A stretch of DNA of 63,144 nt, filler included, from Octopus bimaculoides (GCF_001194135.2; 4 parts of 4 records of this genome joined end to end with filler, not necessarily neighbours in it), one strand, 5' to 3'. Positions 23,701-37,306 are shown, counted from the first letter of the whole stretch. Notes: generated by a model from the sequence alone, not told the origin. Numbers and translations: made by a program.

Positions 23701-25399
23701 TCTATTTTCAGTGCTCCTTTTTACAGTCAGTCCCAACTATATTTGCCAACAACTCCATTACTATCGATGCTATTGTTATTCATCCTACTGAAATCAGTTT
23801 TAATTTTCGTCCGTCTACTGGGTTGACAAAATCAAGTACATTTAAGTGTTCACGCTACCGTCTTGCTCTACTCCATCAAAAACACTTTAATGGCTTCATT
23901 GATCTCTAGCACACCCCTATGATGCACAGCAACCTTCACGAGTGTAGAGGAATAGTAAATATAATGAAAACTTGAGTCTTCCATGCTCATCTTCGCTGTG
24001 GCAACAGCTAGAAAATACTGGATAAAATAAATAGATTGTACAGTGGGGAGTTTGGGATAAAATAACGACAATTTTGGATATTGATTATGGTCCTTTCCCA
24101 GGCGAAGGCATGATATATCGAGAATAACAGATATGTAGATTGCACCTAGTTGTAGAGTCGGCAACCAGCTTTCTGTAGTTCTGCTTCGTCAGAATTGACC
24201 TGGTATACACAACTTCGATAACACTGTGAATCAATGGAAATGCAAGTACACTTGTTATAATCTGAACCATCACTAGCACATTCTTAATTTGATGGAAATG
24301 TCAAAGACTTATGAGACTTAATAATGATTTAATCAATTTCGGTACATCATTTGTTCATATCTCTGTGTTGTCGGACGCATGTTAATCTGTGGAATTCAAA
24401 ATCCGAAAGTCAAATAACTGAACGAAAAACGATTTTGTGACAAGAAAGTATATTTTTCCGCCTAATAAAACAAATCAAATCTAAAAAAAAAAAAAAAGCA
24501 TATCAAGTGATGGAGCTATCTTCTAGCCGAACTTTGTAACGGTAAGCTGGAACTGGAAATATACGGACATGGGGCTGCAATACGAAGATGGAACAGGATT
24601 TTCCATCATAGAGGCATGGACGCGATAGTATATGGGACAATGAGGCAAAGGGAACAAGTGTTCAAGAGTAGGTATATACTTTAAGCAAACATATATTTTC
24701 CGAAAAGAACTATTCTTATAGAAAACAAGACAATACAATTGTTAATTAGAAAAGATATTATCACCCAACTCGTAGCTGTTGATACGAATTATATAACAAC
24801 GTATACGATTTTTAATATTGCTAGACACTAAGAAAATAGGTTATTCTTGTTGGAACATGTTTTCTCTCAACTAATCAATTTAACATTTTTTCTTTTTTTT
24901 TGTAGGGTGGGGGGTGGGCTGCACGAAAATAACTGTATAGCAAATAATGATTCATTGTTTTAACCGGAAAATTAATAAAAATAAGTTATTTTTTTTAAAT
25001 ATGTGTTAAAATAATGTTTTAAATTTAGTACAAAATATTCACAATAATAAATAATATCGATGTTTGTCTTATTCGATAAGGCGTGTGGTCAAAACATCCA
25101 AACCATAACCAGCTTTAATTTTTAAGAATAGTGTACCTTGGATTACATTATTTAAAATATTTGTTTTTAAGAGAATAGTACTCGCTACTATTTCTAATGT
25201 GACAAACATCAACAAATGTCTAATGTGACAAAAGTATTACATTTGGCTTGATCAATAGGATGCCTTACGTATCAACGAATACATTTTTAACCATTGATTA
25301 GAAGGCATTCATTTTGTTAATGGATTTGAGTGACTTCCAGTATCACTGGAGAAGTCATTTACGCTAATGCCCATCGCTCACCCGCTGTTGAACTTTGCG

Positions 25400-25724
25400 A
25401 TTTGATATTTTCCCAATGTAGATGTTGCCGACATCTATAGTCGTATCATTTGTAAAACAATCATATTTTACGTCCAACGTTACGTTTTTTGGGAAGGTCT
25501 ACTGCTCTCATTTCTACATTTTCTCGACCTGAAGAAAATTCTAACTGGGTCCCACATGCAAGGTCATGTGCTGTGTATCTTGATATGAGATCCATGTCCC
25601 GCACATGTGGTTGTGATGCATGTGTCTGCTGTATACTTATCAGACGGGTAATCATGATGGGTATATTGGGCTTCGTATATTTTACCTCAGTCTCACTTTG
25701 ATGGCACGCACTACTCTCTCACTC

Positions 25725-25775
<51 letters not shown>

Positions 25776-25777
25776 TG
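25400..25777 (+). mobile_element. Interspersed repeat ending CTCTCTCACTCAA(TAA)n, probable LINE 3' UTR
   Basis: Reverse complement of 47518-47800 and of 42063-42128. Confidence 0.8.
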
Positions 25778-26556
25778 ATAAATAAATAAATAAACAGAAA
25801 GTTATGCGTTTCGTCAGCTAAAACTGAACTATGAAATACAAGAATAATAACATGATAATATAAAGTGAATGCTTGACCATAGATTTATGTCCCCCAAGAA
25901 AGAATCAAAAACTCCTTATGCAGAAGATTGTTGACGAAAGAAAAGTAAAATAAATTCAGTCCAAATCAAATCAATCAGCACTCAACAGATAGATGATGAT
26001 AGCCAATAAATTCCTCTAGTTTCTTTCTCAAGAAGATAGGAATTCGTTGTGAAGAAAAATCTTGAGCAACTAAACGGAATTTAACGAGATTGCATGTATT
26101 GCTATAATCTGAAAGAGGTAGTATTCGTATGTTACAGAAAAAGTATCAACGGTGGTGTTATGGATATTCTGTTAAAAAATTCCCAGGATGCGAACGCTCC
26201 AGGAAGGGAGTTAATTGTCAGCTTGCCAAGTTTCCCAAGTGAAGTTGGCAGACATTGGCAGAAACAAGTCTGATAAAAGAAAAAAAAAAAAAAAAGTCGC
26301 TCATATGGCTGAGAATTACTAGGCAGATGCATGCCAAGATTGAATGCACACAAGATATCCCAAGTCATTCACCCAGAATCAGCGTGAAGGTAACAATGTC
26401 ATGACAATAGGACAAACTGTGGCATAAAAAGTGAGAGCACTTATGTCCCGCTGCGTGTACATGTCTCTGCGTGTCTGCGAGTTGTGTTTTTGCGTGTGTG
26501 TCTTTCTGTATCTGTGGATACCTCGTACTGTGTGTGTGTGTGTGTCTGTGTGTAAA

Positions 26557-26880
26557 GGTGCGTGGCTTAGTGGTTAAGGTATTCGGCTCACAATCGTAAG
26601 CGCGTGAGTTCGATACTCGGCGGTGCGTTTTGTCCGAGATCAAGATACTTTATCTCATGTTGCTCCAGTCCACTCAGCTGGTAAAAATGAGCAATACATA
26701 TATCTCAAAGGGCCAACCTTGTCACGTTCTGTATCATGCTCAATATCCCTTAGAACTATGTTAAGCGTACTCGTGTTTGTGGAGTGCTCATCCACTTGCA
26801 CGTTAATTTCACGAGCAGACTGTTCCGTTCATCGGACCAGCTGGAACACTTGTCATCATAACTGACGGAGTGTCATGCCA
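26557..26880 (+). mobile_element. tRNA-derived SINE, family C
   Basis: A box TGGCTTAGTGG, B box GAGTTCGATACTC; homologous to 9078-9395. Confidence 0.9.
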
Positions 26881-27173
26881 GTTATATATANNNNNNNNNN
26901 NNNNNNNNNNNNNNNNNNNNNNNNNNNNNNNNNNNNNNNNNNNNNNNNNNNNNNNNNNNNNNNNNNNNNNNNNNNNNNNNNNNNNNNNNNNNNNNNNNNN
27001 NNNNNNNNNNNNNNNNNNNNNNNNNNNNNNNNNNNNNNNNNNNNNNNNNNNNNNNNNNNNNNNNNNNNNNNNNNNNNNNNNNNNNNNNNNNNNNNNNNNN
27101 NNNNNNNNNNNNNNNNNNNNNNNNNNNNNNNNNNNNNNNNNNNNNNNNNNNNNNNNNNNNNNNNNNNNNNNNN

Positions 27174-27515
27174 ACTCTCTTACTTGTTTCTGTCATTTGA
27201 CTGTGGCCATGCTGGAGCACCGCCTTTTAATCGAGCTAATCGACCACAGGACTTATTCTTTGTAAGCCTAGTACTTATTCTCTCAGTCTCTTTTGCCGAA
27301 CCGCTAAGTGACGGGGACATAAGCATACCAGCCTCGGTTGTCAAGCAATACATACATACGACGGGCTTCTTTCAGTTTCCGTCTACCAAATCCACTCACA
27401 AGGCTTTGGTTGGCCCGAGGCTATAGTAGGAGACGCTTGCCCAAGATGCCACGCAGTGGGACCGAACCCGGAACCATGTGGTTGGTAAGCAAGCTACTTA
27501 CCACACAGCCACTCT
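27174..27515 (-). mobile_element. Family A SINE, near full length
   Basis: Close reverse-complement match to 56735-57285 over head, body and tail. Confidence 0.93.
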
Positions 27516-27929
27516 AAATGTATGTATAAGTACATGATGTCTGTGCGTGCCCAGATATTTATAGTTGTACCTATTTCATATACCCAGAGACATATATATT
27601 CAGATGTCAATGTATAGACATCAAGTGTTAAGACACACAGATCAGAACTCGTTCTTCACAAGTATATAAACATACAACAGTTCGACACGCATATACATGA
27701 GCACAGTTATATACATGTGTATCAATGCCTGTTAGAGAAATACACGCCCGCATATTCATGTATAGACATGGACTTATGCATGCATGCATATGCACATTTG
27801 TTACATATATACTTCAATGCACGCACACACACACGCTCACACACATACGCACAGACACAGACGCACGCACACATACAAATGTATGCAGATGAGCATAAAC
27901 ATCTTGTGTATGTGTTCATCTATGTATGT

Positions 27930-28051
27930 AGCTGTAGGTATACGTATATAAATGCCCACACTCTCTATCTTGCTTTTCTCTCTCTGCCCACTTCGCGTCT
28001 ATCCGGCTCTATTTGTCTCTCTGTGTCTCCCATTCACACAGGCTATCTCTT

Positions 28052-28108
<57 letters not shown>

Positions 28109-28959
28109 NNNNNNNNNNNNNNNNNNNNNNNNNNNNNNNNNNNNNNNNNNNNNNNNNNNNNNNNNNNNNNNNNNNNNNNNNNNNNNNNNNNNNNNNNNNN
28201 NNNNNNNNNNNNNNNNNNNNNNNNNNNNNNNNNNNNNNNNNNNNNNNNNNNNNNNNNNNNNNNNNNNNNNNNNNNNNNNNNNNNNNNNNNNNNNNNNNNN
28301 NNNNNNNNNNNNNNNNNNNNNNNNNNNNNNNNNNNNNNNNNNNNNNNNNNNNNNNNNNNNNNNNNNNNNNNNNNNNNNNNNNNNNNNNNNNNNNNNNNNN
28401 NNNNNNNNNNNNNNNNNNNNNNNNNNNNNNNNNNNNNNNNNNNNNNNNNNNNNNNNNNNNNNNNNNNNNNNNNNNNNNNNNNNNNNNNNNNNNNNNNNNN
28501 NNNNNNNNNNNNNNNNNNNNNNNNNNNNNNNNNNNNNNNNNNNNNNNNNNNNNNNNNNNNNNNNNNNNNNNNNNNNNNNNNNNNNNNNNNNNNNNNNNNN
28601 NNNNNNNNNNNNNNNNNNNNNNNNNNNNNNNNNNNNNNNNNNNNNNNNNNNNNNNNNNNNNNNNNNNNNNNNNNNNNNNNNNNNNNNNNNNNNNNNNNNN
28701 NNNNNNNNNNNNNNNNNNNNNNNNNNNNNNNNNNNNNNNNNNNNNNNNNNNNNNNNNNNNNNNNNNNNNNNNNNNNNNNNNNNNNNNNNNNNNNNNNNNN
28801 NNNNNNNNNNNNNNNNNNNNNNNNNNNNNNNNNNNNNNNNNNNNNNNNNNNNNNNNNNNNNNNNNNNNNNNNNNNNNNNNNNNNNNNNNNNNNNNNNNNN
28901 NNNNNNNNNNNNNNNNNNNNNNNNNNNNNNNNNNNNNNNNNNNNNNNNNNNNNNNNNNN

Positions 28960-29016
<57 letters not shown>

Positions 29017-29400
29017 TGTGCGAATTTGTGTTTGGATATGTTTGAATATGTGTGCGCATGTATGTATATTTGAATGTTTGAATGTATGTGTATCTCAGTG
29101 AGTATGTGTGTGTGAGTGTATGTGTGTGTGAGTGTATGTGTGTGTGAGTGTATGCATGTGTGAGTGTATATGTATGTGTGTATGTGCGTATTGATATTCG
29201 CTCAGGAGCTTGTAGAAGAGGCCCGGTAAATGGAGAAATAGTAACAGGAGTGTGAGAGGAGAAACTAAAAAACGGTGATACAGTAATACAGAGGCGCTTT
29301 GAGTATATATATATATATATATGTGTTTGTGTGCGTGTGTGTGTGCGCGTGTGTGTGCGTGCATGTGTGTGTGTGTGTGTGCGAGCGTGTGTATGTATTT
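27930..29400. repeat. (CT)/(TA)/(TG) microsatellites around an assembly gap
   Basis: Direct reading. Confidence 0.85.
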
Positions 29401-30109
29401 GTGCAGGTGGAGGTGAAGGGCAAAAGAGAGGGGCAAATGATGAAGTAAAAGATGCGGTGACGTTGGTGCAGACTAGCAGTAGTGAAGTAGTTGCGATGGC
29501 GGTGGAGATGGTGAAAGTAGCTTGTAGCCCAGATTGAGATGATGATGACGATGATGATGGTTATAGTGGTGCGGTTATAGTGGTGCGGTTTTAGTGGTAG
29601 TAATGGTGGTGTTGGGGCTGATAGATGTTTTGGTAGTTGTGGTGATTGAGATAGCGAAAGCTAGAGGTTTGTTGGCAGAAAATCAGTCTGTCTGAGATAG
29701 CAGTTGTAGTTGAAGTTATGGTTGTTATTGATATTTAACCCTAGGTCGGATCTATTCGGGTGAGCCTAGCATCAAAGACATTCATATATGGCCATGCAGT
29801 CTTATTTTCTGGTATAGTTCTGCTATGACAGCATCATCTCTTTTGCGCTATTTAAGTGACTAAGTTGAGGTACATTTGGCTGCAAATTTTAGCAGCCAAA
29901 ATGATTTTTGGATGTTTTTCAGCTCTAGGTCGGTACTGATCAAGTGCACACCGGAATTATGCAATTTCAACCGTGATCTTCATGAGAAACAATTACTGCG
30001 TTCTGCACACATAATTATTCCATGTCCTTTCATCTGTAAGGCCGCTGAGTGTTAATGGAATGAGACTTGGCTGCTATTTTTAGTATGTCACACAACCAAA
30101 TAAAGTCTC

Positions 30110-30700
30110 CCTTGTTAATTTGTTGTTGATATTTGTGCCAGTAATGGAGCTGTTTGTGGCGTTGTTTGTTGTGGTGATGACACTGATGTCATAACATTGG
30201 TATAGGTGGTAAAAGTGAGTGCGGTGGCAGTGGTGTTTGTAGTGTTGTTGAAGCCATTATAGTGTTGGAAGCTGTGGTGGTATTTGCAATTAAGTTTGAT
30301 GCTGGAGTTGATCACAATAAATTAGGGGAAATGGTGGATGGTAATGATGGTCATGGTGACAGTGGTAACTATGGGGAAGGGTATCGAAGAGGAGTTCATG
30401 CTATAGTATCGGAAGTGTTGCGGTCATGTATTATTGGTTGTAGTGGTTGTTGCTATGTAGTTCGTGTTGTTTTTGGTGGTGACTTTGGAGGCTATGATGA
30501 TGTTGGTGGTGATCGCTGTGATGGTGGTGGTAACTGTGGTGGTGGTGGCAGTGGCGGTGGTATGGTAGCTGTGGTTATGGTAGTGGTGGAAGTTGTAGAA
30601 GTAATGATAATCGTGGTGATGGTGGTGGTTATGGTGGTTATGTTTGTGTTAGTGGTGTTAGTGGTGGTGGTGCTGGCCGTGATCGTAGTGGTAGAGATTC
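30110..30700. repeat. Decayed (GGT)/(GAT)/(GTT) trinucleotide low-complexity region
   Basis: G/T-rich triplet periodicity; the Val/Gly-rich ORFs are by-products. Confidence 0.75.
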
Positions 30701-31324
30701 GTGGCAATATTCCTCTCATTACAGTAATCTCTGCTGGTGTTAAGTCGAACATCGGATTCCGTCCACAAACACTTTCCCAAGATGCTGCTCAGTGAAATCG
30801 AACCTAAGTTCAAGCAGTTGTAATGTGAGTTTCTTAACAGCATAGTCGTGATTACTGTTACTGTTTATCTCAAGGACAACCATGATTAGGAAAATCAATG
30901 CTCAAAAGTGTTACATCTGTAATCATCATGACATTGTGCATATATGATTACGGCATTCAACGTAACCCTAATCTTTTATGAATACAAGGGTGTTATTTTC
31001 TTTTTTTGTGGGGTTGCAAAATTGCTACTGGTTCTAGAAGGTCGAGTGACTACTTAGAGTTTCTTTTGTTGGTTTATCTTCCCTTGATGTCTTCGACTAA
31101 AAGCTGATTCAGGCCGGTTTTATTGACTATTTCTGGATGCTTTTCTTAATGAAGGCATTGCATTTGTGGTGTCAGCGCTATTAATGGCATTGCTATTGCT
31201 TTGTGAGAGCTTATCTATGATAAAGAATCATTCAGATGTCCCCAACCGGTCATTTTTCATACAGTATAACTTAACTATACTTTGCAATATGTTTTCCCAT
31301 TTTTAAGATATGGAATTTTATATG

Positions 31325-31460
31325 CGAGCGCATAGTATGTAGAGTAATGAGCTCACCACCATAAGGTCGTGGGTTTGATAGCTGGACGGGCAGTTCGTGT
31401 TGTCATTGAGCAAGGTATTTTTTTTTAATGCTAATCCAGTCTACTCAGTTGAAGCAAGTG
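31325..31460 (+). mobile_element. Decayed family C SINE head and core
   Basis: AAGGTCGTGGGTTTGAT, GTGTTGTCATTGAGCAAG, CCAGTCTACTCAG. Confidence 0.55.
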
Positions 31461-31785
31461 CTATCAGAAGGTGGAGGTTAACGTTGCAGCGAATTGTCAT
31501 CCCAGCCTTGTACTTTCAAGGACGAAACCTTGTTGTCGGTTAGATGCCTTAGAAACCGGGTTAAGTCTATCCAATTCATATATCTATAATAATGATCCTG
31601 TCATAATATTTTTAACGGTATCGTCAGGTTGCTAGTTCTCATACAGATTATCACGCTCCAGAAGATAGAGAAAAACTATCGTACTTAATAAGATTTCTTA
31701 GAACATCCAGATTTCTTTGTACCTTGAGCATTTTGTATGTGTCTTATCCAATAAACTCTTAATATGTTACTCAGATCATGACTAT

Positions 31786-31798
31786 AACAACAACAACA

Positions 31799-31874
<76 letters not shown>

Positions 31875-31912
31875 CTGGTTTCAAATTTTGGTTCAAGGCT
31901 AGCAGTTTCGGA
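31786..31912. repeat. (AAC)/(AAT)n tract adjoining a family B SINE tail fragment (minus strand)
   Basis: Direct reading; GGTTTCAAATTTTGGTTCAAGGCTAGCAG. Confidence 0.8.
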
Positions 31913-32043
31913 GACAACCTCTAACTCTCTCGGAATTATATATNNNNNNNNNNNNNNNNNNNNNNNNNNNNNNNNNNNNNNNNNNNNTTAATTAATTAAN
32001 NNNNNNNNNNNNNNNNNNNNNNNNNNNNNNNNNNNNNNNNNNN

Positions 32044-32310
32044 GGGAACTGCCCATATCCTACGTAAAATACTGTCTATGTGATCTCAAATTTTAAAGCA
32101 AACATAATTTTCTTATGGTTTCTTAAACATTCACTTGAACAAAACTGTACAAATCCAAATATATGGTACCCTAGGCATAACACCTACATGAACTTCTAAC
32201 TTGTTGTCTCTTGAGGTCTCTGGGTGAGACTTGGATCCAACTTGTACAAATGCAAAACAAAAGTCAAACATAAAATAATAATAATAATAATAATAATAAT
32301 GATGATGATG
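32044..32310 (+). mobile_element. 3' end of an R4/Dong-type LINE with (TAA)n tail
   Basis: Reads GTAHILRKILSM* (32045-32083), then a 3' UTR nearly identical to the 21297-21420 copy. Confidence 0.92.
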
Positions 32311-32330
32311 AAGATAATAATAATAACAAC

Positions 32331-32490
32331 AACATCGAAAAATACCTTAGGAATGAGAACCCAGATTCAAAATTTCCCCGAAGACACCTGATGAAGGTTG
32401 GAGGGCATATCAGCCGAAACGTTGTGATAACAAACAAGATGAGGACAAATATCCGTCAAATGTAAATAATGTAAATAATGCAAATAATGA
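32331..32490 (+). mobile_element. Penelope-type hammerhead-bearing 3' module (family D)
   Basis: Homologous to 45142-45320 (-) and 45550-45688 (+). Confidence 0.85.
32383..32428 (+). ncRNA. Minimal type I hammerhead ribozyme motif with intact core
   Basis: GACAC-CTGATGA-A-GGTTG..CAGCC-GAAAC-GTT-GTGAT: stem I CAC/GTG, stem II 5 bp, palindromic AACGTT stem III, GUU cleavage triplet. Confidence 0.8.
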
Positions 32491-33754
32491 ACGCACATAC
32501 ATATACATACGCAGACTTATACATATATATATAGATGGATAGATATATGGCTCTCCGCTATTTAAAAAAAAAATATGATAAGCGTTTATTTGGATCACCA
32601 ATTTTCCCTGTTCATTATTGACCTTAGTAGTATATCTTCAGCCCCTAGCATGTTCTAATTAGTGACACGCAGGAACGCAATAGATCCCCGATTGTGCTCA
32701 AGAACTGTTCATGTGTAACACATTACTATTTCCATCCAGTCGAATCACTCCATTAATACCAATCCTCCAATAATTTTGACTTTTAATAGACGCTTCTAAT
32801 TTAGGTGGCGGAAAAAAATTAACTTTATTATTCCAACTAATTTACATGACATTCTTTCAAAATCCATATAGACATGAACCATAAAGCCGTCCCCATCCGG
32901 ATACCTTTCAGAATTTAAAAACTATATATTACAAAATATTATTTTGTACACATTTTCACCTATTCTGCTCGCTATCACCCTATGTTCTCATAACGAATTT
33001 TCTTGTAAATAATTAAATTCCTACAGCATTATCTATTTGATACGAAAGTTTATTTATCATCCGTAAACAAATTCACGAAATTTTTACTGTGAAGTCTACT
33101 GACGAAACTTTAAATTTTGTGATCTTCCCGAAACAGCATTATTATGTTTCGTTGTTGTTGGCCCCGATGATTTTCGGAAGAATGGTTTTACATTATTTAC
33201 GTAATATATTGTGTGATAAGTTGTTATTTATTATTCATCACAATACAATATACGAATCTCAACATATTATCTGATAATATCCATATTATCTTGGGGTGAA
33301 GTGTTTGAACTTACTAGCCGATAAATTTTGTGAATGCCTTCCTCATGTGTTTTTGATGTCGCATGGTCAAATTCCCATGAGTATATAGACACTTTCAAAT
33401 TTATCGTACATCAAGTTGATGATCGGAGAAGAGTAGCTTTATACTCTTAACCGTGAAACGTCGTACATGATTAACTAAAGGCAGGTTTGTTTTTGCTTTT
33501 CTCTTCTGTTTTTGTTCTGTGTGTGCCATAAATATCGCCATCCGTTAGAGAAAAAATTTGTAGTTTGGAATCAGTAGTTCTTTGACTGCTATTTCTAAAT
33601 TTTCAGTATGTTGGTGAAGCAACTCATGCTGATCCCTATATATTTATGATTATAAATGGTTTTACCGATAAAGGTTTTGTTCATACTGAACTACTTGGCA
33701 AAATTGTTAATTATTAATTTTATTACTAATTGGCAATTCCCAGCTCTATATCTG

Positions 33755-33815
<61 letters not shown>

Positions 33816-33826
33816 NNNNNNNNNNG

Positions 33827-33980
33827 TGCTTTTTTCAGTTTCCGTCTACTAAATTCACTCACAAGTCTTTGGTCGGCCCGAGGCTATAGTAGAAGAAACT
33901 TGCCCCAGGTGCCACGGAGTGGGACTGAACCCGGAACCATGTGGTTAGTAACCAAGCTACTTACTACACAGTCACACCTA
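33827..33980 (-). mobile_element. Family A SINE 5' half, preceded by (TA)n and a small gap
   Basis: TTCAGTTTCCGTCTAC..GGCTATAGTAGAAGA..GGGACTGAACCCGGAACC. Confidence 0.9.
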
Positions 33981-34840
33981 GATATACGAATTCGTGGTAT
34001 TGTGCCTATGTATAAATACACAAATATATGTAGATAATAGTATATATGTATAGAAACCAATATGTACAAATATATCGAAGCATATGTATCTGCGCGCACA
34101 CAAACACACGTGTACGTACGTATGTATGTATGTATGTATGTATGTATGTATGTATGCATGTATGTATGTATAAACAGTCTTTATCTCCAACTTAACAGAA
34201 TACCCCGTTATTTACCTTAACAGGACCTGTCATATGGATTCATGGTGCATAAAATCATTGGTATGTATATCGTTGACAGAGGAGAACCGTCTGTTACGTC
34301 TACCGGAACTGCCAAATAATGAGATTTCGTCTTGATTGGTCTCATCCGGTAGCGATATGACAGCTGAATTCCGCTGTCAGCGATTTATAGAATTTCACTG
34401 GCTATTCAGGTACTCATATCACAAAGCACCAGTGAGTTTGTTAAAAAAAATAATTTAATTACTAGCTACAGATACAATATTAGTACCAACAGTCAATATT
34501 TATCTCCAAATTAATGTGGACGCTGTGTCTGAGCACAAAATACTACGTTCTTTACGTTGCAAGGTCTTCTAAAATGGATTCGTGGTGCATAAAAGCATAC
34601 TTATTTATATTACAGATAGACGGAAACCGGCTGCTACACCACATCTGCCAGACCTGCCACAGGATCTTTTTTTTTTTTGAGCTCGTCAGTAAGAGATGTC
34701 CTGTAGAGACAAAATAACCGAATCTTTCTGGCGACTTGTGACATCAATGCTCTATAGACATTGCAGTTCTATACATCGTTTAACTATATACATACACATA
34801 TCCATACACATATGAATATATGAGTATATGTGTATACATT

Positions 34841-34906
<66 letters not shown>

Positions 34907-34984
34907 GTGAATGGGTATGTGTATGTAAACAAGTAAACGATATATAGTGTTTCAGCGTCTACTCAGCCACCGACGCCATGAACA

Positions 34985-35560
34985 GAAGCGACTACATTAG
35001 TGACCGATGCATCTGGCTGCTAATCATCATAAGGAAACTCTTTGATTGCGTGGTCTTAAACAAGCGGCAAAAAATCGCTAAGGAGGTATAGCCTGAATCT
35101 CAGTGTGCTCCACCATCGACACGGTCCTCTCTCTTCGACAGCCATAGTAGAAGTGCCGAGGGCAAAGGCAACCACTCTATATCAATTTTATTGACATCAC
35201 TAAGGCTTTTGACTTCGTTTCTAGAGACGGCACGTTCAAAATCCTTGCTAAGATTGGCTGCCCTTCAAGACTTTTCAGGATAATCCAATCATTTCCTTTA
35301 GATATGAACGGTGTCATTCTTCGGAGTCGTTCAACATATGCAGTGATGTGAAGCAGCGCTGTTTGTTCGGCCCACCCTATTTGTCATCTTTTTCGCAGTC
35401 ATGCTGAAACACATATTTCGAACGTCAACTGATGTCTTCCTCAACAACAGATCAGACGAAATCCAGGATTCATCAGATACTCATCAGAGAACTACTGCTT
35501 AAGGATGACGTAGCATTGACAGCGCACTCTACGGAGCAAATGTAGTGCCTCTCGACACAT
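34985..35560 (+). mobile_element. Decayed RTE-clade LINE reverse transcriptase fragment
   Basis: LYINFIDITKAFDFVSRDGTFKILAKIGCPSR at about 35175-35270; upstream PESQC and downstream IRELLLKDD-like motifs; frameshifted. Confidence 0.85.
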
Positions 35561-35584
35561 ACAAGTGCCTCTCCCCTACAGACA

Positions 35585-35638
35585 AGAGCCAAAGTTTTGT
35601 GAGGGAATTTATTTGATTGAAACTGAAAAAGACCCGTC

Positions 35639-35682
<44 letters not shown>

Positions 35683-36135
35683 NNNNNNNNNNNNNNNNNN
35701 NNNNNNNNNNNNNNNNNNNNNNNNNNNNNNNNNNNNNNNNNNNNNNNNNNNNNNNNNNNNNNNNNNNNNNNNNNNNNNNNNNNNNNNNNNNNNNNNNNNN
35801 NNNNNNNNNNNNNNNNNNNNNNNNNNNNNNNNNNNNNNNNNNNNNNNNNNNNNNNNNNNNNNNNNNNNNNNNNNNNNNNNNNNNNNNNNNNNNNNNNNNN
35901 NNNNNNNNNNNNNNNNNNNNNNNNNNNNNNNNNNNNNNNNNNNNNNNNNNNNNNNNNNNNNNNNNNNNNNNNNNNNNNNNNNNNNNNNNNNNNNNNNNNN
36001 NNNNNNNNNNNNNNNNNNNNNNNNNNNNNNNNNNNNNNNNNNNNNNNNNNNNNNNNNNNNNNNNNNNNNNNNNNNNNNNNNNNNNNNNNNNNNNNNNNNN
36101 NNNNNNNNNNNNNNNNNNNNNNNNNNNNNNNNNNN

Positions 36136-36197
<62 letters not shown>

Positions 36198-36393
36198 TCC
36201 CTGTGTTTGTCCGACCACCACCGCTTCAAAACGGGTGCTGGTTTGTTTGCATCCCCGTAATCTAGCGGTTCAGATAAAGAGTCCGAGAGAATAAGAACTA
36301 GGCTTTAAAAAATAAGTACTGGAGTCGCTTTATTCGACTAAAAAATTCAAGGCCCCAGCATGGCCGCAGTGTCATGACTGAAACAAGTAAAAA
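35585..36393 (+). mobile_element. Family A SINE spanning a gap in its internal (TG)n
   Basis: Body before the gap (GAAACTGAAAAAGACCCGTCATATATG); tail CCCCAGCATGGCCGCAGTGTCATGACTGAAACAAGTAAAA after it. Confidence 0.8.
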
Positions 36394-36395
36394 TT

Positions 36396-36500
36396 ATCTT
36401 TCCAACACTCACAAGACTTTGGTATGCCCGGGGCTATAGTAGAAGACACTTGCCCAATACGCCCGAAATTGTTTGGCAGGCAAAGCAGCTTCCTTAACCA
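36396..36500 (-). mobile_element. Family A SINE 5' fragment
   Basis: CACTCACAAGACTTTGG..GGCTATAGTAGAAGACACTTGCCCAA. Confidence 0.75.
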
Positions 36501-37306
36501 AGAAGCACCAAAACAACACTCAAGAAACTCTTTTTTTACTTTATATATATACTCCATAACCCATAACACCGTTGTGTCTAACTAAGCTTAGCTCAGACTA
36601 TAATATGAATTCTTTGCAGTTTCCGTTATGCTATAAGTAGGCAACACTGGCTATTTTAAATACTGTTTATTTAATAAATTTCTCAGAGATTTTAGTGAGG
36701 CTTTCCAAACAGCGTGTTACCGTTTCACACTTTAGTCAGGGTTGTGTGACATATTTGTACTGTGTTTTGTTATAGTTTATTATTGGTGATTTATAATTTT
36801 TTCTAAACATATTTTGTTTATTTTTCAGTAGTTTTATCATGAAAAAAAAACATAAAGACGGAGGAAGGAATTTCGGTAGGGTTCTTGTTGGGTATCTCGC
36901 TAAATGTTTGCTTAGAGCAATCTGTGTATTATTGGGATCTTATATTTGTTACTTATGAGTAATGTACAAGATTCTCAGGTAATGTTTTGTTTGTTCTTTT
37001 TAATCTATTAAAAATTTTACACTTAGAAAAAAAAAAATGTTTTCTGGTGAGGCGATTTTTTTTTCAACCTGAGATATGTCACGAGGTGATTTTATAGGAA
37101 GTGTTTTCTATAAGGCAGTTGCAGTTTCCACAGTTGGGAACCCCACTTTTTCGGCAGATGGAGTTGTATTTTTGGAAGGCATTTTATCGGTAGTTAGTAA
37201 CAACCAAAGGAACTTTTGTTGTTTTTTGCTTTTTCATTATTTTAAATGCTTCCAATGCATTCATCATTGGATTTTATTTCCATAATGAAATGGTTTGGAA
37301 TAATAT

